64,000 nt of DNA from the human T2T-CHM13v2.0 reference genome, Homo sapiens (GCF_009914755.1 NC_060937.1), one strand, 5' to 3'. Numbered from the stretch's first letter, positions 12,796 to 24,850 are shown. Program-made: numbers and translations. Notes: generated by a model from the sequence alone, not told the origin.

Positions 12796-15700
12796 ATGAA
12801 TAGAATAGTATCTCACATCTCAATAATAATATTGAATGTAAATGACCTTAATGCTCCACTTAAGATGCAAAATGGCAGAATGGATAAGAAATCACCAACG
12901 AAGTTTCCGCTATCTTTAGTAGACTCACCTAACACATAAGGACTCACATAAACTTAAGGTAAAGGGATGGAAAAAGATATTCCATTCAAATGGACACCAA
13001 AATTAAGCAGGGGTAGCTATTCTCATATCAGATATAACAGAGTTTAAAGCAACAGCAGTTACAAAAGACAAAGAGGGATATTATATAATGATAAAAGGAC
13101 TAGTCCAACAGGCAAATATCACAATTCTAAATATATATGCATGTAACACTGGAGCTCCCAAGTTTATAAAACTGTTACTACTAGACCTAAGAAATAAGAT
13201 AAATAGCATCACAATAATAGTAGGGGCCTTTAATACTCTACTGACAGCACTAGACAGGTCATCAAGACAGAAAGTCAACAAAGAAACAATGAACCTAAAT
13301 GATACACTACAACAAATAGACTTAACAAGTATTTACATAACATTCTACCCAACAACCACAAAATGTACATTCTATTTATAAGCACATGGAACCTTCTCCA
13401 AGATGGACCGTATGATAGGCCACAAAACAAGTCTCAGTAAATTTAAGGCAATCAAAATTATATCAAATACTTTCTCAGACTACAGTGGAATAAAATTGGA
13501 AATCAACTCCAAAAGGAACCCTCCAAACCATGAAAATACATGAAAATTAAATAACCTGTTCCTGCATGATCATTTGGTCAACAATTAAATCAAGATGGAA
13601 ATTAAAAAATTATTTGAACTGAACAATAATAGTGACGTAACCTATCAAAACCTCTGGGATACAGCACAAGTGGTGTTAAGAAAAAAGTTCATAGCATTAA
13701 ATGCCCACATCAAAATGTCAGAAAGAGCACAAACAGACAATCTAAGGTCACACCTCATGGAACTGGAGAAACAAAAACAATACAAACCCCCAAATCCAGC
13801 AGAAGAAAAGAAATATTGAAGGTCAGAGCAGAACTAAATGAAATGGAAACAACAGCAACAAAATAATACCAAAGACAAATGAAACAAAAAGCTGGTTCTT
13901 TGAAAAGACAATAAAATTGATAGACCATAAGCAAGACTAACCAAGAAAAGAGGAGAGAGGATCCAAATAAGCTCAATTAGAAATGAAATGGGATTACTGA
14001 CACCACAATTACTGATACCAAAGAAATACAAAAGCTTATTCAAAGCTACTATGAACACCTTTATGCTCATAAACTAGAAAACCTAGAGGATCCAGATAAA
14101 TTCCTGGAAATATACAACTCTCCTAGATTAAACTAGGAAGATATAGAATCTCTGAACAGATCAATAATAAGCAGCAAGATTAAAGTGGTAGTAAAAAAAT
14201 TCCCAACAAAAAAAAAGTCCAGGTCCAGACAGATTCACAGCTAAATTCTATTAGACATTCAAAGAAGAATTGGTACCAGCCCTCTTGACATTATTTCAAA
14301 AGATAGAGAAAGAGAAAATCCTCCCTAAATCATTCTATGAAGCCAGTATCACCCTAACACCAAATCGGGGAAGAACAAACAATAAAAGAAAACTATACAC
14401 AAATGTCCCTGATGAACATATGTGCAAAAATCCTCGACAAAATGCTAGCAAACTGAATCCAACAGCGTATCAAAAATATAATCCACCATGATCAAGTGGA
14501 TTTCATACTAGGGATGCAGGGATGGTTTAACATATATAAGTCAATAAATGTGATACACCAAATAAACATAATTAAAAACAAAAATTACATGGTCCCCTTA
14601 ATAGATGCAGAAAAAGCATTTGACAAAATCCAACATGACTGTATGACTAAAAGCCTCAGCAAAATCGACGTAGAAGGGACATACGTTAATGTAATAAAAG
14701 CCATCTACAACAAACCCACAGCCAACATACTGAATGGGGAAAAAGTTGAAAGCATTCCCCCTGAGAACTGGAACAAGAAAAGGATGTACACCTTCACCAC
14801 TTCTATGCAACATAGTTCTGGAAGTCCTAGCCAGAGCAATCAGACAAGAGAAAGAAATAAAGGGCATCCAAATTGGTAAATAGGAGGTCAAACACTTGCT
14901 GTTTGCTGGTGATATGATTGTATACCTAGAAAACCCTAAAGACTCATCCAAAAAGTTCCTAGAACTGGCAAGTGAATCCAGCAAAGTTTCAGGACGCAAA
15001 ATTAATGTACACAAATCAGTAACTCTACTATACACCAACAGTGACCAAGCTTGGAATCAAATCAAGAATTCAATTCCTTTCATAATAGCTGCCAAAACAA
15101 ACAAACAAACAAATAAACAAAAAACAAACCTTAGGAATATACCTAATCAAGGACGTGAAAAAACCCTATAAAGAAAACTGCAAAATGCTGCTGAAAGAAA
15201 TCTCAGATGACACAAACAAATGGAACCACATCCTATGCTCATGGATGGGTAGAATCTATGTTGTGAAAATGGCTATACTGCCAAAAGAAATCAACAAATT
15301 CAATGTAATTCCCATCATAATACCACCATCATTCTTCACAGAACTAGAAAAAACAATTCTAAAATTCATATGAAACCAAAAAAGAGCCCACATAGACAAA
15401 GCAAGACTAAGCAAAAAGAACAAATCTGGAGGCATCACATTACCAAACTTTAAATATACTATAACACCATAGTCACCAAAACAGCATGGTACTGGTATAA
15501 AAATAGGCACATAGACCAATGGAGCAGAATAGAGAACCCAGAAATAAAGCGAAATAGTTACAGCAAACTGATCCTCAACAAAGCAAACAAAAACATAATG
15601 TGGGGAAAGGACACCCTATTTAACAAATGGTGCTGGGATAATTGGCAAGCCACATGTAGAAGAATGAAACTGGGTCCTCATTGCTCACCTTATACAAAAA

Positions 15701-16668
15701 TCAACTCAAGATGGATCAAAGACTTAAATCTAAGACCTGAAATCTTAAAGATTATAGGAGATAACATTGGAAAAACCCTTCTAAACATTGGCTTGGGCAA
15801 AGACTTCATGACCAAGAACCCAAAAGCAAATGCAACAAAAACAAAGACAAATAGATAGGACTTAATGAAACTGAAAAGCATCTGCATAGCAAAAGAAATA
15901 ATCAGCAGCATTAACAGACAACTCACAGAGTGGGAGAAAATCTTCACAATCTGTACATTCAACAAAAGTCTAATATCCAGAATCTACAAAGATCTCAAAG
16001 AAATTAGCAAGAAAAAAAAAACAAGCAATTCCATCAAAAAGTAGGCTAAGGACAGGAATAGACAATTTTCAAAAGGATATACAAATGGCCACCAAGTATA
16101 TGGAAAAATACTCAGCGTCACTAACGATCAGGTAAAAGCAAATAAAAACCACCATGTGACACCAACTTATCCCTGCAAGAATGTTCATTATCAAAAAATA
16201 ATAGATGCTGGTGTGGATGTATACTAGTACAACCACTATGGAAAACAGTGTCGAGATTCCTTAAATAACTAAAAGTAGATCTATCATTTCATCCAGCAAA
16301 TCCCATTACTAGGTATCTACCCGGAGGAAAATAAGTCATTATACAAAAAAGATACTTACATATGCATGTTTATAGCAGCACAATTTGCAATTGAGCCCAA
16401 ATGTCCATCAATCAATTAGTGGATAAAGAAAATGTGAGATATATATCTATATCTATATCTATATCTATATCTATATCTATATAGATATAGATATACACAC
16501 ACACACATACATATACATACATATATATAGGAATACTACTCAGCCATAAAAAGGAATGAAAGAATGGCATTCACAGCAACCTGGATGGAAATGGAGACTA
16601 TTATTCTAAGTGAAATAACTCAGGAATGGAAAACTAAACATTGTAACTCGCTCATATGTGGAAGCTAA
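12796..16668 (+). pseudogene. L1 ORF2p remnant (endonuclease + reverse transcriptase, disrupted)
   Basis: ATG 12796 MNRIVSHIS; ORF pieces ILNIYACNTGAPKFIK (EN), [11 protein letters not shown]...[11 protein letters not shown] (RT), LFAGDMIVYLENP (FADD mutated to FAGD), [10 protein letters not shown]; many stops and frameshifts. Confidence 0.92.
16437..16529. repeat. Compound (TATATC)n/(CA)n/(TA)n microsatellite inside the L1PB
   Basis: Direct read; contains a perfect 30-bp palindrome at 16466-16495. Confidence 0.9.
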
Positions 16669-16891
16669 GCTATGAGGACACAAAGGCCTAAGAATGATAC
16701 ATTGGACTTTGGGGACTTGGGAGCAAGGGTGGGTGTAGAAAGTAATAAAAGTCTACACATTGCATACAGTGTACACCGCTCAGGTGATGGGTGAACCAAA
16801 ATCTCAGAAATCACCACTATAAAACTTATTCATGTAACCAAACACCATCTGTTCCCCAAAAACCCATTGAACTAAAAAAAAAAATACAAAA

Positions 16892-16922
<31 letters not shown>

Positions 16923-16983
16923 GATTAAATATGCAGGGTTAATGCCAGAGTACTGTGCCATACTCCAGGAACTTCATTCAGGT

Positions 16984-17790
16984 CAGCAATTTTCAAATAA
17001 AAAAAATAATGAAAGAGTGAAAACTACATTTTATATTGTACTCCAGAACACACATGTGTATGCTTAAATATTTAAGTATATCTAAATTCAATTAAATTTA
17101 ATAATTAAATTATTGTCCCTACTATGAATTAACCATTCTTACATTTTCTGTTCTATTTTTTTCCATTCTATTTCATTATCTGTAAGTTACCGGTTATGTT
17201 TCACACTATTAGCTATTGCTATGTGACAAAACAGTCTAATGAAATCTCATTTCTTTCTTCCATGGATCAGCTGAGATTTTGCTGACTTGGTTTAAACTTG
17301 GCTGGGCTTGACTCCAAACTGCATGTTAGGTCGAATCTGTCAAATTACGTGTTCCTGACTCTCTTTTAACTGGAACAGGTGAGTTAAACTGGGCATGTAC
17401 TACTTATAGCAAAAGAAAAAAAACAAAAAATATATGCTAGGTTGGACAAGTGGAATAACCTAGACATGCTCTTTTTCATAGCAATGACAGAAACATAACA
17501 GGTTAACCTAATTGCACAAAGCATGTTTTATGCTTCTGCTTGTTTTTCTGTTTGCTAGAATCTCATTTACCCAGTCACATGGTTGAGACTAAAATCTAAG
17601 GTACAGAAGTATATTTTACTCACTATGAGGTGAAAGCAAGCAATGTGACTAAGCCCGATATCGTGGAGAGAAGTATATCCCCAGCAAAGTGGTGTCATAG
17701 AAGGAGCAAATATTTGTTGACAATAATCTAATATACAACCCTCATCAAAATACTTTCACAATTGATTTATGAGCTACCACAAAAGTTCCA
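16984..17790. mobile_element. MER113-like hAT-Charlie relic, split by an MLT1 LTR
   Basis: actacattttatattgtactccagaacacaca...ccctactatg...attttctgttctatttt matches recalled MER113; short remainder after ~17740. Confidence 0.5.
17205..17740 (-). mobile_element. MLT1-family MaLR solo LTR (MLT1H/I-like)
   Basis: ttagctattgctatgtgacaaa start, ggctgggcttgactcc, cagtcacatgg, and end gagcaaatatttgttgacaataatctaatataca. Confidence 0.7.
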
Positions 17791-18600
17791 AATTGATATT
17801 GATCTATTGGTCAGAGCCCTATGAACATAATTATTCATCAAATGACTAATCCATTATGTTTTTATATTTAGTTTATAATATTCCATAAACATAAAATTAT
17901 ATGTTACATGACTATTTGATGTCCAGACTCTCCAAATTTATCATATTTCATTGGGATACCAACACTACTAGAAAGTTAAAATTAGGTCAGCTCAACACAT
18001 AATCAACCAAATATTTTATAATATTTAATAATCAATGTAGCCCCATCTACATATTTATAAGCTCTCATTTGAATAATTCATTTTACCATTGTGTTCAGAA
18101 ATAATGTTTGATGTTCAAAACTATAGGTTGACCATTAGGTAAAATGTAATATTTAGATATAATATTGCTTTTTTCAAAAAGATAATTGCTGAGTGTCCCC
18201 TTGTTGAACTTTATTTTTTTCTCAATATTTCCCCTTCCATATAAACTTTCTTAATAAATATGTTTTTAATAAAACATTTTATAGTTTGTGTGCATGTGCA
18301 TATATATATATACACATACACATATATATACACACACACACATATATGTATAGATACACACACACATACATTTAATGGTTAGGATGAATTTCCTTGAAAT
18401 CAGGGGATATATTTGTTTATCTTAACTCTATCTTCTAAATTCCTAGTTCAGGGACTACAGCTTAAAAAGTTTCTGATAAATGAGTAATGCCACAGACTCT
18501 CATTTAAAAATTTGCTACATTGATATGTTTCTAATAATCTATCATTATTACCTTCCTCCCAATATCTCAAATATCTCTGAAAGTGGTTCAGGAATCTCCT
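17790..18600 (-). mobile_element. L3/CR1 fragments continuing the element at 10480
   Basis: aattgatattgatctattggtcagagccct..., gaaagttaaaattaggtcagct..., ttccttgaaatcaggggatatatttg; interrupted by a (TA/CA)n tract at 18290-18370. Confidence 0.45.
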
Positions 18601-18847
18601 TTAAAAAATGGAATATTACCTATAGAAGATAGATGGACTAGGTAAATTAAATTCATTTAGGGTTGTTTAATTAAAAATGTTACTTACCCTTAGTTATTTT
18701 TTCTACTATCAACCTGATTTTGTTTATATTTTTCAGTTGGAAAGTTAGTTGTGAGAAAATCTAATAAAGGTATAACTGGAATTTCATTTTTTTACCACTG
18801 AGAAAGTATTCCCAAACAAGTTTTCCAGATTGTGCATTGGTCCTGAA

Positions 18848-19297
18848 TGTCAGGCCTCCGAGCCCAAACTAAGCCATCGTATCCCCTGTGACCTGCACGT
18901 ATATGTCCAGATGGCCCGAAGCAAGTGAAGAATCACAAGAGAAGTGAAAATGGCCCGTTCCTGCCTTAACTGATAACATTCCACAAGAAAATAAGTGAAA
19001 ATGTCCGGTCCCTGCCTTAACTGATGACATTACCTTGTGAAATTCCTTCTCCTGGTTCATCCTGGCTCAAAAGCTCCCCCACTGAGCACCTTGTGACCCC
19101 CACCCCTGCCTGCCAGAGAGCAACCCCCTTTGACTGTAATTTTCCTTTACCTACCCAAATATCATAAAACAGCCCCACCCCATCTCCCTTCGCTGACTCT
19201 CTTTTCGGACTCAGCCCACCAGCACCCAGGTGATTAAAAAGCTTTATTGCTCACACAAAGCCTGTTTAGTGGTCTCTTCACACAGACTCGAGTGAAA
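18848..19297 (+). mobile_element. Solo HERV-H LTR (LTR7 family)
   Basis: TGTCAGGCCTCCGAGCCCAA start, duplicated U3 repeat aagtgaaaatg...cctgccttaactgat, ATTAAA-type poly(A) signal, end gagtgaaa; perfect 5-bp TSD CTGAA (18843-18847/19298-19302). Confidence 0.96.
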
Positions 19298-19400
19298 CTG
19301 AAGTCAGCTGAAAAACTTTGACATGGGTATTGTAAAATTTTGATCAATAAGTCATCATGAGATATGTGTGTGTATAGATATATGATATATATTATGTATA

Positions 19401-19437
19401 TTTAATGGCAACTGTAAGTACTTTTGCACCAACCTAA
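19401..19437. mobile_element. Half of a MADE1 (Hsmar1 mariner MITE)
   Basis: tttaatggcaactgtaagtacttttgcaccaacctaa followed by TA equals one Hsmar1 TIR; embedded in TA/CA low-complexity DNA at 19360-19560. Confidence 0.85.
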
Positions 19438-19649
19438 TATTATAATTAAGAGATACATGATGACTATATGTACAAATTTATTTATAGATATATACCCCAT
19501 ATATTATATATACACACATATATAAACACACATACACACATGCACATATACACATAAATAAATCACAATTATATAAACAGTTAAAATTTAGTGTAATAAT
19601 TGCTGTTGAAGAGATTTGGATGAAGTGATTTGAGAGCATTATGTATAAA

Positions 19650-21029
19650 CAATTTAATGCAGTCTGGAGAATTTAGGAGAGGTGTACTACTGTCATTTAT
19701 TCGAGCTGGCACATGAAGAATGGGCAGGGATTTTCAAAAGAAAAAAATGGGAAATTTTGGGAAAAAACCTTTTCTTATGCATTAATACAAGGACAGAGAG
19801 CAATCAGAAACGAAGTATAACTGAGGATATTGAGGTGTTCTTTAAGATAGGAGTTTATATAAGTACATTGATATTAGAAAGTGGAGATAAACAACATAAG
19901 AGGACAGAATATGAAGTAGCTTTATACTGAAGAGTTCCATATGTGGCCTGAGAAAAATGTAAGTCAAAAGTATTTTGAAATCTGAAAAGTGACATAATCA
20001 ATTATGCTTCTTTGGAAAAGTACCATGGCTATAGTGTGTGAAAGTTGTTTGGAAACACAGACAAGACATATGGTTTCTGAAATAAATCAGAAACAGTATT
20101 ATTTGAATCCGAAGTAAACAATATAAGTAAATGTTAAAAGATGAAAGTCAATTTTAGAGATACTTCTGCTATATAACTGATATGATTTAGTGATCAATAG
20201 GATGTTGAAAAGAGGAAGAAGTGGAATATGATTAATTAAACTTAATTGAAGTTGATGCCAATGAGCAGAAAAGTTGAGAAAGGAGAGGAGAGAAGGGAGA
20301 GAATATGTTGTTTTTTATATTTGATGTACATGCAATACATTCAGATTAATAGATTCCTAGAAAAAAATGGTTTACAGCTAGAAAGAGAGATGACAATGAA
20401 AATCTGAATATAGATGTGGAGTATCTCAAGAAAAAATAAGATAAATGATATAAACTAGGGAAACAAATATTTAAGGGTTACACAATAGAAAAGGAAGGAG
20501 CTATAAAAAAAGAGATAATGTAAAAAAAAAAACACATTAAGAGAGGAGAGAGGTTTAAGCTGTAAGGAACTGTTTATAGTCCCAAATTGTATAGAGATAT
20601 CACACCGAATGAGGACTAAAATATTTTTTATTTGAACATGAAATGCTTGATAATTTCAGCATGAATATTTTTAGTAGATTGGTAGAGTAAGAAATCGTAG
20701 TTTAGAAGTACATGAGAATTGTAGAAGTGGATACAGTAAGCTAAATACTTTTGCAAAATGTTCAGAATGTAGGCAAATGTTATGGAGTGGTAGGAGATAT
20801 TTTGGAGCTAAGGAAAATTTTTATATGTTGGAGATAAATTTGTCCTGATTCATGTGGAGGAAATGGAGCCAATGGAGATGAAAATAAATGACACAGGAAT
20901 ACGCCGAACAGCAACGTGCAAGAAAAGTCGGAAAGAAATGGAATTGGTCCATATTTGGAAAGCCTAAATATACAAATAATGAAATAAATTATTTTTGTTT
21001 TTCTGCATGAAAGGCAGAATTGGAACACT
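19650..21029 (-). mobile_element. L2 (antisense, degraded); likely resumes at ~23404-23560
   Basis: GA-rich, with L2 motifs gaaaagtgacataatcaattatgc, tttagtgatcaataggatgttgaaa, gaatgaggactaaaa, tttcagcatgaatatttttagtagattggtagag. Confidence 0.65.
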
Positions 21030-21034
21030 CTAGG

Positions 21035-23398
21035 TGATATGGTTTGGTTCTGTGTCCTCACCCAGATCTCATGTGGAATTGTAATTCTCACGTGTCAGGG
21101 GAAAGGCCTGGTGGGACGTAACTGGATCATGCGGATGGATGTTCCCCTTTCTGTTCTCTTAATAATGAGTAAGTTATCATGAGAGCTGACAGTTTAAAAG
21201 TGTATGGCATTTCCCCTTCTCTCTCTCCTGCCATCATGTAAAGAAGGTCCCTGATTCGCCTTCACCTTTCGTCATGATTGCAAGTTTCCTGAAGCCTCCC
21301 AGTCTTGCTTCCTGTTAAGCCTGAAAAACTGTGAGTCAATTAAACTTCTTTTCTTCATAAATCACTCAGTCTCAGGTAGTTCTTTATAGCAGTGTGAAAA
21401 TGAACTAATACAGAAAATTGGTACTGAGAGAAGTTGGCATTGCTATAAAGATACCTGAAAATTTGGAAGCAACTTTGGAACTGGTTAGCAGGCAGAGGTT
21501 GGAACAGTTTGTAGGGCTCAGAAGATGAGTGAATGTTTGGAACTTTCTAGAGACTTGTTGAATGGTTGTGACCAAAATTCTGATAGTGATATCGACAGTG
21601 AAGTCCAGGATGAAGTGGTCTCAGATGGAGATGAAAAACTTACTGGGAACTGGAGTAAAGGTAACTCTTGCAATGCTTTAGCAAAAAGTCTGGCAGCATT
21701 TTGCCTCTACCCTAGAGAACTGTGGAACTTTGAACTAGAGAGAGATGTTTTAGGGTATCTGGCAGAAGAAATTTCTAGGCAGCAAAGCATTCAGATGTCA
21801 CTTGGCTTTTTCTAAAACTGTACACTCATATGCATGAAAAAAAAGATGGTGTGAAATTGGAACTTACATTTCAAAGGGAATCAGACCATAAAAGTTTGAA
21901 AAATTTGCAGCCTGACCCATGTAGTAGGAAAGAAATCCATTTTTTGGGGAGAAATTCAGGCCAGCTGCAGAAATTTGCATAAGTATTGAGGAGCAGATGT
22001 TAATAGCTAAGACAATGGGGAAAATGTCTTCAGGGAATTTCAGAGATTTTCATGGCATCCCCTTCCATCACAGGCCTGAAGACCTAGGAGGGAAACATGG
22101 TTTCATGGTCGGGGTCCAGGGCCCCACTGCTCTGTGCAGCCTTGGGACATGGCACCTTGTGTTTCAGGCACTCCATCTAAGGTGGTATAACTAAAATGGG
22201 CCAGGGTGCAGCTTGGGCCATTGCCTCAGAGAGAGCAATCATGAAGCCTTGGCAGTTTCCAAGTGGCATTGTGTCTCCGGGTGCATAGAAGCCAATAATT
22301 GAGGTTCAGGAACCTCCGCCTAGATTTCAGAGGCTGTATAGAAACACCTGGATATCCAGCAGGAATTCTGCTTCAGGGGCAGAACTCTTATAGAGAACCT
22401 CTACTAGGGCAGTGTGGAGGGGATGAGAAATGTGGGGTTGGAGCCTTCACACTGAGTACCCACTGGGGCACTGCCTAGTGGAGCTGTGGGAAGAGGACTG
22501 CTGTCTTCCAGGGACCAGAATGCCAGAATGTTAGATCTACTGAGAGTTTGCACCGTGTACCCAGAAAAGTCACAGGCATCAATACCAGCTCATGAAAGCA
22601 GCCGTGGGTGCCATACCCTTCAGAGTCACTAGGGTGGAGCTGCCAAGGTCTTGGGAACCTGCCTCCTGCACTAGTGTACCCTGGATGACAGACATGGAAT
22701 CAAAGAAGATTATTTCGGAGCTTTAAGATTTAATGACTGCTGTCCTGGGCTTTGGACTTCTATGGGGCCCGTAGCCCCTGTTTTTGTCCAATTCTCTGAT
22801 TTGGAATGGGACCGTTTGCCCAATGTCTGTACCCCATTGTATCTCAGAAGTAACTAAATTGTTTTTGATTTTACAGGCTCATAGGTGGAAGGAACTTACC
22901 TTGTCTCAGATGAGACTTTCGACTATTTAATGCTGGAATGAGTGAAGACTTAGGGGGACTGTTGAGAAGGCATAGTTGGTTTTGAAATATGAGAAGGACA
23001 TGAAATTGGGAGGGACCAGGGGTGGAATAATATATTTTGGCTCTGTGTCCCCACCCAAATCTTATGTCAAATCGTTATTCCTACATGTCAGGGGAAGGGC
23101 CAGTGAGAGGTAATTGGGTCAGGAGAGAGGATTTCCCCCTGCCTGTTCTTGTGATAGTGATTTCTTATGAGATCTGATGGTTTAAAAGCATGTAGCACTC
23201 CCCCAACCTCTCTCTCTCTACTGCCACCTTGTAAAGAAGGTCCTTGATTTCCTTTCACCTTGTGCCATGACTGTAAGTTTCCTGAGGCCTCCCAGTCATG
23301 CTTCCTGTTAAGCCTGTGGAACTGTGAGTCAAACTTTTCTTCATAAATTACCCAGTCTCATGTATTTCTTAATAGTAGTGTGAGAATGGACTAATACA
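21035..23398 (+). mobile_element. Two-LTR MaLR element (MSTA/THE1D-type with internal region)
   Basis: 5'LTR 21035-21412 (tgatatggtttgg...ctaataca), internal 21413-23027 with typical MaLR ORF piece (21525-21815, ELWNFELERDVLGYLAEEIS), polypurine tract, 3'LTR 23028-23398; perfect TSD CTAGG (21030-21034/23399-23403). Confidence 0.95.
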
Positions 23399-24027
23399 CT
23401 AGGTAAGTTTAGATTTGAGTAAGATTGATACCTTATGATCAGTACTTTCTTAGTTACATGAGCAAGATATATTTTATTCTCAGAATATGGTAGTAGAGAA
23501 AACTGATTAAGAACATTAGGGGTTTTCATATAAAAGAATACAAAAATGGGATGACTAAGAATAAACCGAAGATTGCTTAAAATTTTAGCTCCTGCAGGGC
23601 CTCAGGTGTGAAGACTAACCTTATTAGATATTTCCCCTGTAGTACTGTCAGTTTTGACTTACTGCCACTTTAGAATTTTATCTCAGCAACACTACAAATA
23701 TTTATGCACTTTCTCTAACTAGGGAAGCTGGTTAAGTTTGGTGCTCCTGATATTCTCTGATTATTGTAAAACACAATGGAAAATTTGTACCATTGCCCAT
23801 GTTGCCTCATCTAGTTGAAATCCACTCATTTGCTTGCCTGAAAGGTTATCAGCATTCCCTCTCAACTCAAAATATTGCCCCTCCCTAACTCTTTAAACCC
23901 ACTGCACATTCTGAAATACATGGTCAGTTACTATTAAACAAATTTTCCTTGTAAACTCTTCTCTGAGCAATTGCATCACTTTTTTGCTCTAATAAAATTA
24001 TATCCCATTTTAAAGATACCCTTTGAG

Positions 24028-24850
24028 TCACCCCTGGCTGGCACCATGGAAACAGGCTCCAGGACTGCCCTGTGCAAGGCCAGTCCCCATGGCTGTACCC
24101 CTTAAGTCAACCCTGTAGCTCCAAGCTACAGCATACAGAGGGTGCAGGGCTGCTCCAGCAGACCCAGGGTCTATGCTCATCTCAGTAATCTCCAGTGCTA
24201 GATTGGCCCCAAGAGACATAGGTTCTAGAACTGCCCCTGTGGAACCAGGTTACAGGTCAGCCCCTGTGGATGGAGGACCCGGATGAGACTTACTAGACCT
24301 AGACTCCAGGACAGAACCTACTCACCCCACGTTGAGCTGACCTCTGTGGCACCAGGAACCAGAACAGCATCTGTGATCCCAGAATCCCACATACCCATAC
24401 CCATACCCATACCTATACCAAGGCCCCATGCCTGTCCCAGCACCAGGCCAGCCCTAGCTTCCTATAGCCTCAGGCTTCTGGGGACATGGGTTCCAGGCTG
24501 GCTTTAATAAACCCAGGGTCCAGGACCACCCCAGAAGACCCTGGTGCCAGGCTAGCCCTCAAAAATCAAGGCTTTAGAACTAGCCATGCAGACCCAGGCT
24601 CCACACCAACCCCTGTGGACTTAGGATTCATGCCTTCCCCCATGGACTCAAGCCTGTCCTGTGGACTCAGTGTTGTCCTGGCGCTGGTGTGTGCCTAAAA
24701 CCTGAAGCCATGTTGGCTGATTGATCTCTGAGCTGGTGTGGCACCTAAGCTGGGCCTGGAGCCTGAGACAATGGAATGGCCTTGAATGCAACTCCAGGCC
24801 TGCCTCAGCGAAATCCAGTATTGGGGAGGCACCCATGGCCCCAGACTCTA
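24028..24850 (+). repeat. Degenerate ~27-bp tandem array, an old L1M(A) 5'UTR
   Basis: Recurrent unit gcccctgtgga(c/a)ccaggnt(c/a)cagg (e.g. 24233 and 24260); internal (ATACCC)n at ~24388-24419; runs directly into L1 ORF2 sequence. Confidence 0.75.

Larger units (their letters stand above)
10633..16916 (+). mobile_element. Near full-length L1PB (L1PB1-like, L1PBa 5' end), inactive
   Basis: 5'UTR aagatgttggataggag...ctcccactcggatgggcagagc; ORF1 and ORF2 remnants; L1PB 3'UTR (aatctcagaaatcaccact...gttccccaaaaacc) with (TAAA)n tail; candidate TSD taaaaaggttaa (10621-10632)/taaatagattaa (16917-16928). Confidence 0.95.

Noticed and set aside
14598-15038. 146-aa minus-strand ORF, the longest in the window
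   Set aside because: Antisense reading of L1 ORF2, a common artefact.
13088-15858. Reverse transcriptase/endonuclease ORFs as a novel retro-system
   Set aside because: Ordinary fragmented L1 ORF2 with a mutated catalytic motif.
18869-19060. ORF with duplicated SVKAGTGHFH peptide
   Set aside because: Translation of the LTR7 U3 tandem repeat on the antisense strand.
21290-21310. PRDM9 hotspot 13-mer position in the MaLR LTRs (also ~23287)
   Set aside because: Reads cctcccagtc(t/a)tg, which does not fit CCNCCNTNNCCNC.
21525-21815. 96-aa acidic ORF
   Set aside because: Remnant of the MaLR internal ORF, truncated.
24028-24850. ~27-bp repeat array as CRISPR-like or as a coding Pro/Gly repeat
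   Set aside because: Degenerate head-to-tail units without unique spacers, eukaryotic context, and contiguous with L1 sequence.
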